This document shows, piece after piece, positions 23,587-36,469 of a DNA stretch of 64,000 nt. Both the position numbers and the translations under genes were made by a program. Source of the stretch: Ranitomeya imitator (taxonomy: Eukaryota); NCBI RefSeq assembly GCF_032444005.1, contig NC_091286.1:27280001-27344000 (forward strand), written 5' to 3'. How positions within the stretch are numbered: the stretch's first letter is position 1; each line of letters begins with the position of its first letter. The notes under the pieces are model-generated. The model searched no databases. It saw only the letters and a list, made by a program, of their open reading frames with translations, and had not been told where the DNA came from.

Positions 23587-26500
23587 GTAAAAACTCCTAA
23601 TCAAGTATCATATTATTTCCTTGTAATTGTGAATGAATGTACTGACGAAATAAATAATGTAGCAGAATAGTGAGTGCAGCTCTGGGGTATAATATAGGAT
23701 GTAACTCAGGATCAGTAATGTATGTATGCAGCAATTGCAGTAATGTCGCTCTGCCACTAAGGGGAGTGATGGTACATCTGATGGCACTAAAGGAGTTCAC
23801 CTGACCAGGTATCACCAGCACACATTACACTTCACACTCCGGCCACTAGGGGGAGCAAAAGGCTCTATTTGGCCACTCCTCACACTGGTAAAACTAGGGG
23901 TTGGATAGGAAGTTAGACAGAAGCTCACTGGGTTTTGTCCAGGCAACATCCCGTGGCAGGGGGTGTTGCGGGGGAAGATTCAGGGGGGTCCCTGTCGGGC
24001 GTGGGAACCTGGCAGGTACCTAGCGAACAGAGTAGAACGTTAGAGAACCACGCCTGCACTACCTTGTGGCGGTATCCTAAGAAAGGACACGAAGCGAAGG
24101 ATATTGTGGACAGTGAGAAACGAGATCAAAGCACAGAGGAGAGCCATTAGGAGTCGTGCCCCTCGAACGGCAACTTCCTACTGAGGCGCGTAGCCGGTGC
24201 CCGGAACACCGAGGAAGTAACTGACTCTATGCCTTACTTCAAATACCGCAGGACAGTTAATTATAGGTTGGCTGTCTACCATACATCACCTAAGCAGACA
24301 TAGGGGGCAACCGTGGAGAGGGGCGTCTCTAGGGTCCCGGAAGAGCTACGAGTCTACCCGTCAAACGGGTGCGTCCTAGCCATAACATACCTGGGGGACG
24401 GAGAATAGAAAGAACTAGAAAGAACTGGAACGAACGAGAATAGAAGTTGTGAGGACTATCCCGAATAGTCACAAAACCTTGACAGACTTGTATCACCTTT
24501 TATTGGACGCCCCTTAGCAGGGTCACGGACTGGGTCCAGCCACCGTGACATCCCCAGAACTAAGCCAGCAGAGGACCGGTACCGAGCAACTCGCAGCCCT
24601 GCGTCTGGGGGCGCTCCATGTACACAGTGACTGCACCAGCAGAATAGTGAGTGCAGCTCTGGGGTATAATACAGGATGTAACTCAGGATCAGTAATGTAA
24701 TGTATGTACACAGTGACTGCACCAGCAGAATAGTGAGTACAGCTCTGGGGTATAATACAGGATGTAACTCAGGATCAGTAATGTAATGTATGTACACAGT
24801 GACTGCACCAGCAGAATAGTGAGTGCAGCTCTGGGGTATAATACAGGATGTAACTCAGGATCAGTAATGTAATGTATGTACACAGTGACTGCACCAGCAG
24901 AATAGTGAGTACAGCTCTGGTGTATAATACAGGATGTAATACAGGATCAGTAATGTAATGTATGTACACAGTGACTGCACCAGCAGAATAGTGAGTGCAG
25001 CTCTGGGGTATAATACAGGGTGTAATACAGGATCAGTAATGTAATGTATGTACACAGTGACTGCACCAGCAGAATAGTGAGTGCAGCTCTGGGGTATAAC
25101 TCATGAGTAACTTTTATCATTATTCTTCTGGAGTCTAACAAGACATGTCTTAAATTTACTCTATTCTCTGTGTTACAGACTGGTGCTAATGACCTGCAGA
25201 CAGCGGCTGATCGGTTGGTACAGCAAAGTATCTGCGCCTCTTTGGCGAGAACGTTTCCCCTGCTCACCATCATTGGAGAGGAGGTGAGGACCCTCGCTGA
25301 TGGTTCTTGCACATCAGGCTGATTCCCTCTAGATTTCAATACTCTGTTCAGAAAAGCCAACGCTTCACTTTGAAATTGGTAACATTAAGGCTATGTGCAC
25401 ACGTTCAGGATTTCTCGCAGAAAATTCCTGAGAAAAAAATGGACATTTTCTGCAAGAAAACCGCATGCGTTTTTGCTGGGATTTTTTTTTTTTTTTTTTT
25501 TCCGGACACTTCCCAATGCATTTTGTAGTGGGAAATCCGCAAAAAAAAACAAAACGCAAAATTAATGAACATGCTGCGGTTTTTACCGCAATGCATTTTT
25601 TTTCGCAGAAAAAAACGCATCATGTGCACAAAACATGTGGAATTCATTCTAAATGATGGGAGGCTTATTGTATGCGGGTTTTTTTTTTTTTTTTCTGCGG
25701 ATTTATAGCGGTTTTTATAGGGAAAAACCGCGATAAAACCGCGACGTGTACACACAGCCTAATAGATGAAATGATAAATCCTGATGTCAGACTTGTGTAG
25801 AATGTCGATATCCTCAGGAAGAATGAACAGATATCCTGTATGTATCTTTATACTGTACCTGTGTTTTTATTGCATTCATCTCGCTGCCCAGGATCTGCCC
25901 TCTGAAGAAATATCCGAGGAACTGATCGAGACCGGACAATCAGAAGAAATACTCAAAGTGACTTTTCCATCACAGTACAACAGCATCAAAGAAGAAGAGG
26001 TGACCTCTAATGATTGCCTATGTAGAATCCTATATGTGCTAGTTATTTGTGGGGAAGCTTGGATTTAGGTCCTGACTGCGATCTAACACTCCCCCTATTA
26101 CATAATGGAGTCTCCAATTTTTCTATCACCCGACCGTTACAATTATGTTCATGCCTTATGATGAAACTTCCGTACACTGTGAATATATTTTATGGATTTT
26201 TTGCTCATATCCATGTTTTGTTTTTTACTTCCAGTTGGTGGTCTGGGTGGACCCTCTGGATGGTACTAAGGAATATACAGAAGGTTGGTGCCCCCGTCAC
26301 TGCTGTGTATAATAACTTTATATTTCTTTAAGTTACTCTATATAACGATGATGGATAAAACATTGTACGGTGATTCAGTCCATTCAGTGTTAATAGTCCC
26401 GTAGACAATGAATGGAGTAATGTCGCCTCATCCTCAAAGTAGTAGTTCAGAAAACTTTTTTTTTTTTTTTTTTTATGAGGATGGAACAATCTTTAATAGG

Positions 26501-29500
26501 AACCATAGGTGGGATACAATCCTTCCTAGTAAGTTGTCTGAGTTCTTCTAGCAGCTGCATATTCATTTTAGTGTGATATTCCTATAAATATTAAAATGCT
26601 CGTACCAGATATGTGTTACCGCTATTTATAGAAAAGGGGATAACCAACGCTGAGAACAGGGCACTGTTATAAATGACCTGGCGCACCTCCGACTTATTCC
26701 TTCTCTGTGCGATTGCCGAAAATTGCTAAGTGCCGCACTGTTATATCCAAGTGGTCAAATATTAAATTAATACAGGAGACCACTGATCGATTCAGACACA
26801 GCAGAGCCCCATTTCTGCTATCGATTGGGAATAAATCCAATACTTGTGGCATCCCCATTAATGACAGACACGTCCATAGATGATTTCCAGACCCTCTGGA
26901 TACACTAAGAGGCGTGCACCTCTTAATGAATCATAAGCGTCCGATTCCAATACGCCCCTCATCGACATCGGTGAGAATATTGCCTCTGGATAAATCAGGG
27001 CCATAGTCTTGTTAGTTGCAGAATGAGCTAACTGAGAATCCATCAGTGAGCTCGGCGTGGTGGAGCGTTTGTCACCCTTTATCTGTCTCTAAGCTCCTCT
27101 TGGCTGATTTATAACTTGCTGTGCTGAGAAATAAATAGCCCGGGAAAAGCCGAATGGTGTAAGATTTTGAACTAAACCCTCTAGCAAAAAAATGATTATT
27201 TTTAACCACAAATACATTGATAAATGGAGAATGAACTGATGACTGTTCTGTCTGCAGGGCTCTTGGATCATGTAACTGTTCTGATTGGCATTGCCCATGA
27301 AGGAAAAGCCATAGCGGGAGTGATAAACCAGCCGTATTATAACTACCAGGTAACGTGGCCTTTTTATTTTTCTGCTTGGGTGGTCCGATATCCTGGCCAT
27401 AGGATTACAGGGGCCCCAACTTACAAGTGTAACCAGCTGCTTTGGTGGTGTTGGGTTCTCAGATGTAAGGACTTGTCAGCAGAGAGCAGAGGGCAGGTCC
27501 GATCCTTCATCATCCCATGCTTTGGAGGCAGTGGTCCCGTTACCTCTCAGGCCCCCTGTGCAGCTGAACAGGTTGCGCCAATGGTGTGTCTGACCTTGTC
27601 CCCGTATACGTGCACAGTGGATGTCATGAAGAGATTAATCGTGACCATAAAAAAGGGTTTGGCCGCTTAATAGATCATTAAAAAAATGATCAATATTTTC
27701 TATTGACATGCCGATTAAATAGAAAATCGGAAAAGTGGAGATTTATGACATTTTCTAACATAGCATTGCGCCACCTGGTGTTCAAAGTGTATAGCACGAC
27801 CTCCTAATAAGCAGAGTGTGGTGGTCGCACATGCTCAGTTCACTGTCAAGCAGCCAATGGAAACAGCAGGCAGGCGGAGAGCTATTTCTATTGGCTGCTC
27901 TGCCGTGATTCAATGATCACTATGCCACTGGTCGCACATGCTCAGTTCACTGTCGTGCAGGCAAAGAGCTATTTCTATTGGCTGCTCAGCCGTGATGGGA
28001 GGATCACTATGCCGCTGGTCGCACATGCTCCCCCTCCTAGCCTTATAGCCACAATAGTACAATATCACCCGTCTAAGATGAGCGCTGCCATCTCTGCGCC
28101 TTTAACCCTTCATAGCAGAGGATTGTATACTAATGGATTTAGTTTCCGTCTTGCTGTATAATTTCAGGCTGGTGACTGCGCTGTCCTGGGGAGGACCCTT
28201 TGGGGTGTCCTGGGCGTTGGAGCGTTTGGTTTTGAGCTGAAGGAGGTGCCCGAAGGTCAACACATCGTCACCACCACCAGATCGCACAGCAGCAAGCTGG
28301 TGAACGACTGCATCGCCGCCATCAACCCCGATAAAGTGGTGCGCGTGGGAGGTGCCGGAAACAAGGTGACACGCGCAGGTTTCATTCCTTTTCTATGTGT
28401 TAAGGACCCCTCTCTATAAGCCACTAAGTTATTCTTCTGTTTCGCATCCTCAGTTTGTGACCTAACTTGAGAGCTTAATTCTAAAAAGTAGGAATTGTCC
28501 AAAAGGGGAAATTGCCTTTTTAAAGGGGTTTTTCATCCCTTTTTTTTTTTTTTTGGGGGGGGAACTGTTATGATCTGGTGGTTTAGGAGCAACATGGGAC
28601 GAGCTCTGAAGGAAGTGGTAACTGTACTGACCGCAGTCCCTAAGCTCAACACAACACTAGAAGTAGCCGTGGGGTGCTCCTAACTCTCCCTAGGCACCTC
28701 GTCACAGCCTGAGAACTAACTACCCCTAAAGATAGAAACAGGAAAACTATCTTGCCTCAGAGAAAATCCCCAAAGGATAGATTAGCCCCCCACAAGTAAT
28801 GACTGTGAGTGGAGAGGGAAAAGACATACAAAGAATGAAACCAGGATGAGCATAGGAGGCCAGTCTAGCTAGACAGATAGGACAGGATGGAATACTGTGC
28901 GGTCAGTATAAAACACTACAAAAACCTCCACACCTGACTAAAGGTGTGGAGGGTAAATCTGCTTCCCAGAGCTTCCAGCTACACAGAATTAATTCCTACT
29001 GACAAGCTGGACAAACATAGAAAGCACAGAACGGATAAGTCCACAACCTGTGGACAGAAAAGAGCAAGCAAGGACTTAGCTTTGCTGAACTGGTCAGGAT
29101 AACAGGGAAATCCAAAGAGATGTGAATCCAACCAGGAACCATTGACAAGTGGCACAAGCTGAAGGAAAGAGCCAGGCTAAATAGCCGAGCAGAATAGACA
29201 ATTAGTGGAAGCAGCTGCTGACTGCTAAATCCAAGGAGCAGCCATTCCACTTAAAACCACCGGAGGGAGCCCAAGAGCGGAATTCACAACAGGGGACAAT
29301 CATGGAGTACAGATTCATAAATGCTCCATATTCACCTTTCAATCCTCCGCCTGTCTTCTAGCAATGTCCCGTCCAGTTTCTTAAGAGTCCAGTTAAGACA
29401 GAGAACTGTATGTGACTGCTGCAGCCAATGACTGACTGCAGTGGTCACATGTCCGTATGATCAGAATACCTACATAGAACTTTATGAGCACCAACTGTCA

Positions 29501-32500
29501 TCTCCTACATCAGTGATGTGAAAATCTGAACTCACCGAAGACTCATTCTACCTGATAAATGAGAATGAAAGTTCAGTCCGGGGGAGAGAGAAGCGGACTT
29601 GTCTGATAAGAAATATTAATTTTTTATTTTAATTTTTGTTTATTTTCATGTGTACTATTAATCTATGAAAAAAATGACTGTTACTCTTAAAGGGGCTCTC
29701 CATCCCCTTTTTTTTTTTTTTTTTTTTTTTTAGCAACGTTTGCAAAATTGAACGCCAGCCTTGGCTGTCTTGTAATACTACACGTATCACTGGCCGATAA
29801 GCTTAATCACAGAAATTATAATTAATTATTAAATTCTTATTATCTTCATGTCACAATCCCTTTACGTGAATTTATCTCAATTTCATCTCTAAAGCCAATT
29901 TATTATGTCTGTGTCCGGTAAAGCTGGGGCTGCCATTGGAAATCCCACGAAGTATATTAACTTTTCAACGAAAATATCAAATCCTGCCAAAGTTGTAATA
30001 GAAGTCCATGGTGTCACCCAGCTTTCCCTGAATCAGACAGGAGGCTGTGTCCACTTACAGGGCGCGTCATTTCTCTTTCAGATCATTCAGCTGATTGAAG
30101 GTCAGGCTTCCGCCTATGTGTTCGCCAGTCCTGGGTGCAAAAAGTGGGACACGTGCGCCCCCGAGGCGATTCTGCATGCAGTGGGAGGTAAGAAGCAGTG
30201 ACCTTCACCCTGGTGTAGGACCTTTTTATCTTCCCATGCACTGTATATTTACTTCTTTTTTTTTTTTTTTTCCGAAAATGACCGGTTGTTAAAATCAGAT
30301 TTTAGATTTATTTATTTATTTTTTTTATAGCTTTTTCTTGAGGGCGTTTCAGAGACTCAAAACTAATTTGCACACTTTACCATGTGGGTTAATTAACTTT
30401 TATATTTTCATAGTACAAACATTCACGACTGCAGCGATATCAAACATGCTCAAGAAAAAAATAATTTCTTTATTTATATAAAAAAATCTAAGTGTGTGTG
30501 TTTACAGCCGCTGCAAAAAAAACAAAAACACACGTCAGTAAATCTATTTCTAATGGTGCTGTTGGCATGAAATTCTCACCAGATGTCGTTAACAACCCAT
30601 CCAATCCAAACAGGCAAAGAAGTCATCCATAATGTCCATAAATTATGTGTAACAATGATAAATGACATGGTTTAACGTTTTGAACACCTGAAGAAAGAGA
30701 GGTGCAAATCCCATGGAAAGTCATGACACAAGCTGAAATCTATCAGTAATTAGAAAGCAGTCCTGCCACTTGGTGAAAAATATTAGCTGGTTCAGCTGAT
30801 GGTCTATAAAAAGGTGTCTCATTACCAAGGTGCCACACAAACCTCTCATGACGGGTAAAACCAGGGAGCTGTCTCAAGACCTTCACAACCTTATTGTTGC
30901 AAAACAAACTGATGGCATTGGCTACAGAAGAATTTCTAAACTACTGAAGGTTCCAGTGAGCAATGTTGGGGCCATAATCCGAAATCCAGAAGTGGAAAGA
31001 ATTTAATTTCACCATAAACATGTCAAGACCAGGTAGATTTCAGGCAGAGGAGTGAAAAGAATTATTAGTAGAGTTGTCTAAGAACCAAGGATTACCTGTG
31101 GAGAGCTACAGAAAGACCTGGAATTGTAAAGGTGGAGAAGATGGAATGACAGCCCTCTATAGACCCCGGTTTTAATGTGTGCAAAATGTATCGTATTGCA
31201 TATTTGTATCCCCCTGGAGGCTGCAGGGGTGACAGTGTTAACTGTAGGGCTGGTCCCTAGTTGGGGAGAAGTATTAAGGACCAAGGTGTCAGTTAGTTCC
31301 TGACAAAATGTCTTTCTTGGCCGCACTTCCAGCATTTCCCCTTCTCATTTCTACTGCCAGGAGTTCCTGCTTGGCCTGGGGTACATGTGAGGTGTTGGTG
31401 CCCAAGTTGCCACTGCTTCTTCTCTGGCTAACCGCGTGCATGTAGCTTGATTCATACGTCCGTCGCAAAGATTAACCTGCCCAATTCCAGCCTTGCTGAA
31501 GCATCCCCAGATCAACACCTGGTCGTCTAATGGCTAGACGGAGACCTGGAGAGGTGTACAAGCCACAGTGTCTTGCACCCACTGTGAAATTTGGTGGAGG
31601 ATCGGTGTTGATCTGGGGATGCTTCAGCAAGGCTGGGATTGGGCAGATTGTTCTTTGTGAAGGACGTATGAATCAAGCCGCATATAAGGCTATCCTGGAA
31701 AAACAGTTGACTCCTTCTGCTCAGGCAATGTTCCCCAACTCTGAGGACTGGTTTCTCCAGCAGGACAATGCGCCATGCCACACAGCTAGGTCAATCAAGG
31801 TGTGGATGAAGGACCACCACATCAAATCCCTGTCATGGCGGCCCAATCTCCAGACCTGAACCCCATTAAAAACCTCTGGAATGTAATCAAGAGGAAGATG
31901 GATAGTCACAAGCCATCAAACAAAGAACTGCTGACATCATTGTACCAGGAGTGGCATAAGGTCACCCAGAAGCCGTGTGAAAGACTGGTGGAAAGCTGCC
32001 AAGACGCATGAAAGCTGTGATTAACAATCATGGTTATTCCACAACATATTGATTTCTGAACTCTTCCTGACTTAAAACATTAGTATTGTTAATTATGAAC
32101 TTGTTTTTTTTTTGCATTACTTGAGGTCTCCAAGCAATGCATTATTTTTTTTTTTTTTTCTTACCGGTATTTTGACCATTAATCATTTTCAAAAAACAAA
32201 TACAAAATTTATTGCTTGGAACTTCGTAGACATATTGTCAGTAGTTTATAGAATAAAAGAACAATTTACATTTTACTCAAAAATATACCTATAAAGAGGA
32301 AAATCAGACAAAGTGAACATTTTGCAGTGATCTCTTAATTTTTGATATATATATATATAATTTAGTTTGTGTTTTGTTCTCTAATTTCTTCTGGCACAAT
32401 TTGTGACAAATTCTTCAAAAAACAGCTCAAGTGTCTTAATGAATTTTACACTATTTCAAAGGCTTCTATTTTAATGGGGTTTTTTTGTCTTTCACTTTTT

Positions 32501-32572
32501 GTGCAACTATGTAAAGGATCCTGAGACGGTTTACCCTTCAAGTGGCACACCTCTGTCTTCAACTGAGCAAAG

Positions 32573-32628
<56 letters not shown>

Positions 32629-33237
32629 TTTGTATGTTACTAGTAAACTGGAATATAATTGTGCAAAAAAAAAATTTGTATTTTGAAAAGACATGATAAC
32701 TTGAGCTAATAAAATAGATAATAAAAAATGATGCTCATAATGGCATTAAAAACAAACCCCAAAGCAATAAAAATGAAACCTAGTAAAGACATAAAAGTAG
32801 CTTGATAAAAGACGCAAAAAAATAATGAAATCAAGGCTGTTATTGAAATTATTTTTACTCCCCCAAAAAAGTGCTAAAGCAAATATGAAGTCACTTTTTT
32901 TTTTTTTTTAATGCTCAAGATCACGGCTTGCTGTCAGTGAATGTTTATATGTAGAGGCTGAACCTTTTTTTTTTTTTTTTTGGAAATTGCCTCTTTATTG
33001 CCACCGATGGGTTGGTTCTGTAAAGGCTCTGTCCTCTGACGATTGGGCTTACTCACCTACATCATACCCTTGTCTTTTCTAGGTAAACTCACCGATATCA
33101 GCGGCAACGCCTATGAATACCACAAGGACGTGAAACACATGAACTCAGCCGGGGTTCTGGCAACTCTGCGCAATTACAACTACTACTCCTCCCGGGTACC
33201 GGAATCTGTAAAACAAGCGCTGGTGCCAAAAATGTGA
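23467..33237 (+). CDS. BPNT1: 3'(2'),5'-bisphosphate nucleotidase 1, complete CDS (933 nt, 310 aa)
   Basis: Join: 23467-23586, 25179-25283, 25892-25999, 26235-26283, 27258-27349, 28168-28365, 30082-30187, 33083-33237. GT-AG throughout. Inositol monophosphatase-superfamily motifs [13 protein letters not shown] and WD (KKWDTCAPE) are present. Confidence 0.98.
23660..25100. repeat. 86-bp tandem repeat array interrupted by a solo LTR
   Basis: Unit GCAGAATAGTGAGTGCAGCTCTGGGGTATAATACAGGATGTAACTCAGGATCAGTAATGTAATGTATGTACACAGTGACTGCACCA. Confidence 0.93.
23727..24618. mobile_element. Solo LTR (Gypsy-like)
   Basis: TG...CA ends (TGCAGC...GCTCCA); 4-bp TSD TGTA at 23723-26 and 24619-22; splits one 86-bp unit. 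Confidence 0.72.
25179..25283 (+). CDS. BPNT1: BPNT1 coding exon 2
   Basis: [35 protein letters not shown]; 105 nt. Confidence 0.97.
25389..25759. mobile_element. PIF/Harbinger-type MITE
   Basis: TIR GGCTATGTGCACACG...CGTGTACACACAGCC; TAA on both sides. Confidence 0.9.
25892..25999 (+). CDS. BPNT1: BPNT1 coding exon 3
   Basis: [22 protein letters not shown]...IKEEE; 108 nt. Confidence 0.96.
26235..26283 (+). CDS. BPNT1: BPNT1 coding exon 4 (DPLDGT metal-binding motif)
   Basis: [16 protein letters not shown]; 49 nt. Confidence 0.97.
27258..27349 (+). CDS. BPNT1: BPNT1 coding exon 5
   Basis: [31 protein letters not shown]; 92 nt. Confidence 0.97.
28168..28365 (+). CDS. BPNT1: BPNT1 coding exon 6
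   Basis: [13 protein letters not shown]...TTTRSHS...RVGGAGNK; 198 nt. Confidence 0.97.
28566..29291. mobile_element. Probable solo LTR (726 bp)
   Basis: TGTTATGA...TTCACAACA inverted termini; flanks GGGAAC/GGGGAC are only an imperfect duplication. Confidence 0.6.
30082..30187 (+). CDS. BPNT1: BPNT1 coding exon 7
   Basis: [35 protein letters not shown]; 106 nt. Confidence 0.97.
30504..31125 (+). mobile_element. Tc1 5' fragment (transposase N-terminus)
   Basis: Translation [42 protein letters not shown] at about 30850-30980; starts TACAG. Confidence 0.7.
31440..32345 (+). mobile_element. Tc1 3' fragment (DDE domain) with an inverted partial duplicate at its 5' edge
   Basis: [37 protein letters not shown]. 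Confidence 0.85.
33083..33237 (+). CDS. BPNT1: BPNT1 last coding exon
   Basis: [24 protein letters not shown]...ALVPKM, TGA stop. Confidence 0.97.
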
Positions 33238-33669
33238 AGCGCGTTGTGTCCTCACTAGACGTAGAGGCATCACTGCTGATCAGGTCAAAGGATATATCCT
33301 AGGATACTGGGCTTCACCTATGGCTTTCCACTTGTAAAACTACAACTCCCAGCATGCCCTGACAGTTTGGGCACCAGAGATCTAGGTAGACAGTATTCTG
33401 CAAGGTGCAGCTGTTTATTCATAAACTACAACTCCCAACATGCAATGGGAGACGTCGGCTGTCTGCAGATGCTGGGAGTTGTAGTTGCACACCTGTTAGA
33501 AAGCCTCAGGTCGCAGGAGAACGCTCCCAGGTACAGTCAAAGACTCTGATGCCAAGAACCAATCACTTAATAATTGTTTTTACCCAAACCCATCACAGAC
33601 ATCCGGGATTACACTCTTGTACACCGTTTTTATGTGACTTTTTTTTTTTTCCCCCTCAAGGGACCAATC

Positions 33670-33675
33670 AATAAA
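33670..33675 (+). terminator. Candidate BPNT1 polyadenylation signal (AATAAA)
   Basis: AATAAA about 430 nt after the stop codon, followed by a T/GT-rich tract. Confidence 0.5.
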
Positions 33676-34749
33676 AATTAAATTTGTTACTTAACTTCTT
33701 CTGTGGTTTACAGATTTATATTAAATGTAACAGACTGGATGATAACAGAGAGTAACAGCACAGACAGGTTAGGTCTGACTGATATATAATGGGTGTTTCT
33801 ATAGCTGTTGCCAAACTTTTGCTTCTTGCATGTGGCTGTGATTGCACCTGAACCCTGGTGGCCCAAGAGCCCAAATGCCATTCATCCTAAGAAGACTCCT
33901 GCTGGTCCACTCCCTGCCACTCCATGCTGACTGACAGTAGGAACAGCGCCACAGCTAACCATGGGTTGTCATTGTCATCCTGTATAGCACCCGGAGTGCC
34001 CCTTTTTTAAGTGGGTCCCCCCTTTTGAAGGCTACATTTCACAGTTGACTTCTACTCCACTCCCTGCTTCTGTGCTGTCACTCCAATGGTTGCTGCTAGT
34101 CCTTGTGTATATCTGTTCTAGCTGATGTCCCATTGGGTTGTTTGACATCTTGAACCATCCCGCCCACCCCTGAAATGGTTTCCTATGATGCCTTTGGCTA
34201 TGGACATGGGGCAGAGGCTCATCTTAGAAGCAATAGCAATATCAGTTAGCAACCATTCATGGATCATGGACATAGAGCTGCTGTACGATGATGTATATTG
34301 TAAAGTCTCAGTGTATCATTATGTGATGAAGCTTCAGTCTCTCCTCTGCCTCCTGCTGGTGATGGATTTCTCCCAATCATGTGTGCAACTCTACATCTCA
34401 TAGAATTATACAGTAGATTCTGCAGACACCAAGATTCAGGGGAGGTTTGTACCTACAGCTAGTCATTGTTATCAACTCACCGAGCTGAAAAGATATGCTC
34501 AACTGCATGGGAGACATGAAGAGTAACAAGGAGAACAGACCTGCGTGAGAAGTGATTTGATAAGTAATGATGCCATCCTATAGTTCACAGTAACTTCCTA
34601 TCAAGGCACAACATGTACTCTACTAGAGATCAGGACACAGGTATCCACAATGTTGCCAGTAGCTCTGAATTTTCAGAAATAATCAGAGCAACTTTGAGCA
34701 TGTCCATGTCTGAGGAGGGGAATAATGATAAAAAAAATAAAAAAATGAA

Positions 34750-36340
34750 TCCTAGAATATTAGAGTTGGCTGGGACCTCCAGGGTCATCGCATTCCAACC
34801 CCCTGCTCAATGCAGGATTCACTAAACTATCTCAGACAGATATCCGTCTAGCATCTGTTTGAAGACTTCCATTGAAGGAGAACTCACCACCTCTCGTGGC
34901 CACCTGTTCCACTCATTTATCACAGTCACTGTCAAAAAGACTTTTCTAATATCTAATCTGTATCTTCTCACTTTCAGTTTCATTCCATTGCTTCTTTTGT
35001 TTCCATGTGCAAATGAGACTAAGGATGATCCCGCTACACTGTAACAGCCCTTCAGATATTTGTAGACCGCTATTAAGTCTCCTCTTAGTCTTATCTTTTG
35101 CAAGCTAAACATTCCCAAATCCTGTAACCGTTCCTCATAGGACATAGTTTGCAGTCTGCTCACCATCCTGGTAGCTCTTCTCTGAACTTGCTCCAGTTTT
35201 TCAATGTCTTTTTTTTTTTAATCTGGTGCCCAGAACTGGACACCGTATTCCAGATGAGGAGTATAGGAGGATAATTACTTCACGTGATCTATACTCTATG
35301 CTTCTCTGAATACATCCAAGAATTGTTTTTGTCTTTTTTTTTTTTTTTTTTTTGCTGCTGCATCACACTGTTGACTCTTGTGCAGTCTGTGATCTATTAG
35401 TATACCCGAGGCTTTTTCACACGTACTGTTGCTTAGCCTTATTCCTCCTATTCTGTAAATGCTTTTTTAAATTTTCCTTCCCGGATTTAGGACTTTGCAT
35501 TTCTCCCTGTTTAAAAAAAAAAACAAAACAAAAAAAAACATTCTATAACTTGCTGCCCCCTGTTCGTTTGTTTAGATCTTTTTGAATCCTCTCTCTTCTC
35601 TAGTATTAGCTATCCCTCCTAGCTTTGTGTCATCAGCAAATGTAATCAGTTTACCCTCAATTCCTTCATCTAAATCATTACTAAAAAAATGTTGAACAAT
35701 ACAGGGCCCAGGACAGAGCCTTGTGGTACCCCACTAGAAACACTCTTCCAACTGGATGTGCAGCCATTTATGACCACTCTTTGAGTCTTGTCCATTCCAT
35801 ACTTGGACATTTTTTTTCAATAAGAATCGCAGGAGGATAAGAATTTGCTGGACCTGTTAATTTTGCCTGAGAGAGATTCCCAAAAAATGTCTAGGTGGAT
35901 GAAATCTCCCATGATCACGACTTCATTTTTTTTTTTTGAGAACTTGGTTATCTGATGAAGAGTTCATCCATATCTTCAGCTTGCACAGGCAGCCTGTAGT
36001 AAACATCTACAATGGTGTCCTCTCCTTGTATTCTTACCCAAACAGAACTCCGAGTCTCTGAAGCTTTAATCTAGGGATATATACGCTTTTCTAACATACA
36101 ATGCGACGACTCCTCCCCGTTTTAATAAGTCTGTTTCTTGCAAACAAGTTTGTATCCTTCTAGCCTTGTATTCCAATCATGGGTTAGCATTACAGGTGTT
36201 AAAAAATGCTGGAGTAGGAGTCTGGCTAAAACCAGAAGAGTAGAAGAAATCAGCCAAAATATCAAAAGCAGTCAACACTTTCCACTGATGACTCTCGAGA
36301 GGTGCAAGGTCTTTTTTTTTTTTTTTTTTTTTTTAATTTC
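34750..36340 (-). mobile_element. CR1 LINE with large internal deletion (endonuclease remnant joined to RT 3' end)
   Basis: LGMFSLQKIRLRGDLIAVYKYLKG and FLTVTVINEWN (34822-35166); RT remnants to about 35820; endonuclease-like HDWNTRLEGY near 36150-36185. Confidence 0.82.
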
Positions 36341-36469
36341 TTCTCCAGTAGTTCAATAATGCACAACATTACCAAGGACAGCGCTCACTCCTCTATACAA
36401 ACTTCAAAAACTTCTTCCAGTTATTTGGACTCCTTATTATCCAAAGTCTGCCTTGTGTTGTTACTGTTA

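Noticed and set aside
25179-25283. BPNT1 QTAADR instead of human QTKADR (recalled) as loss of function
   Set aside because: This position varies among inositol monophosphatase-superfamily members, and the metal ligands (EE, DPLDGT, WD) are intact.
26600-27090. Possible decayed L1 RT remnant (also 5135-5450 and 19850-20350)
   Set aside because: Only faint motif echoes across frameshifts; not supportable without an alignment search.
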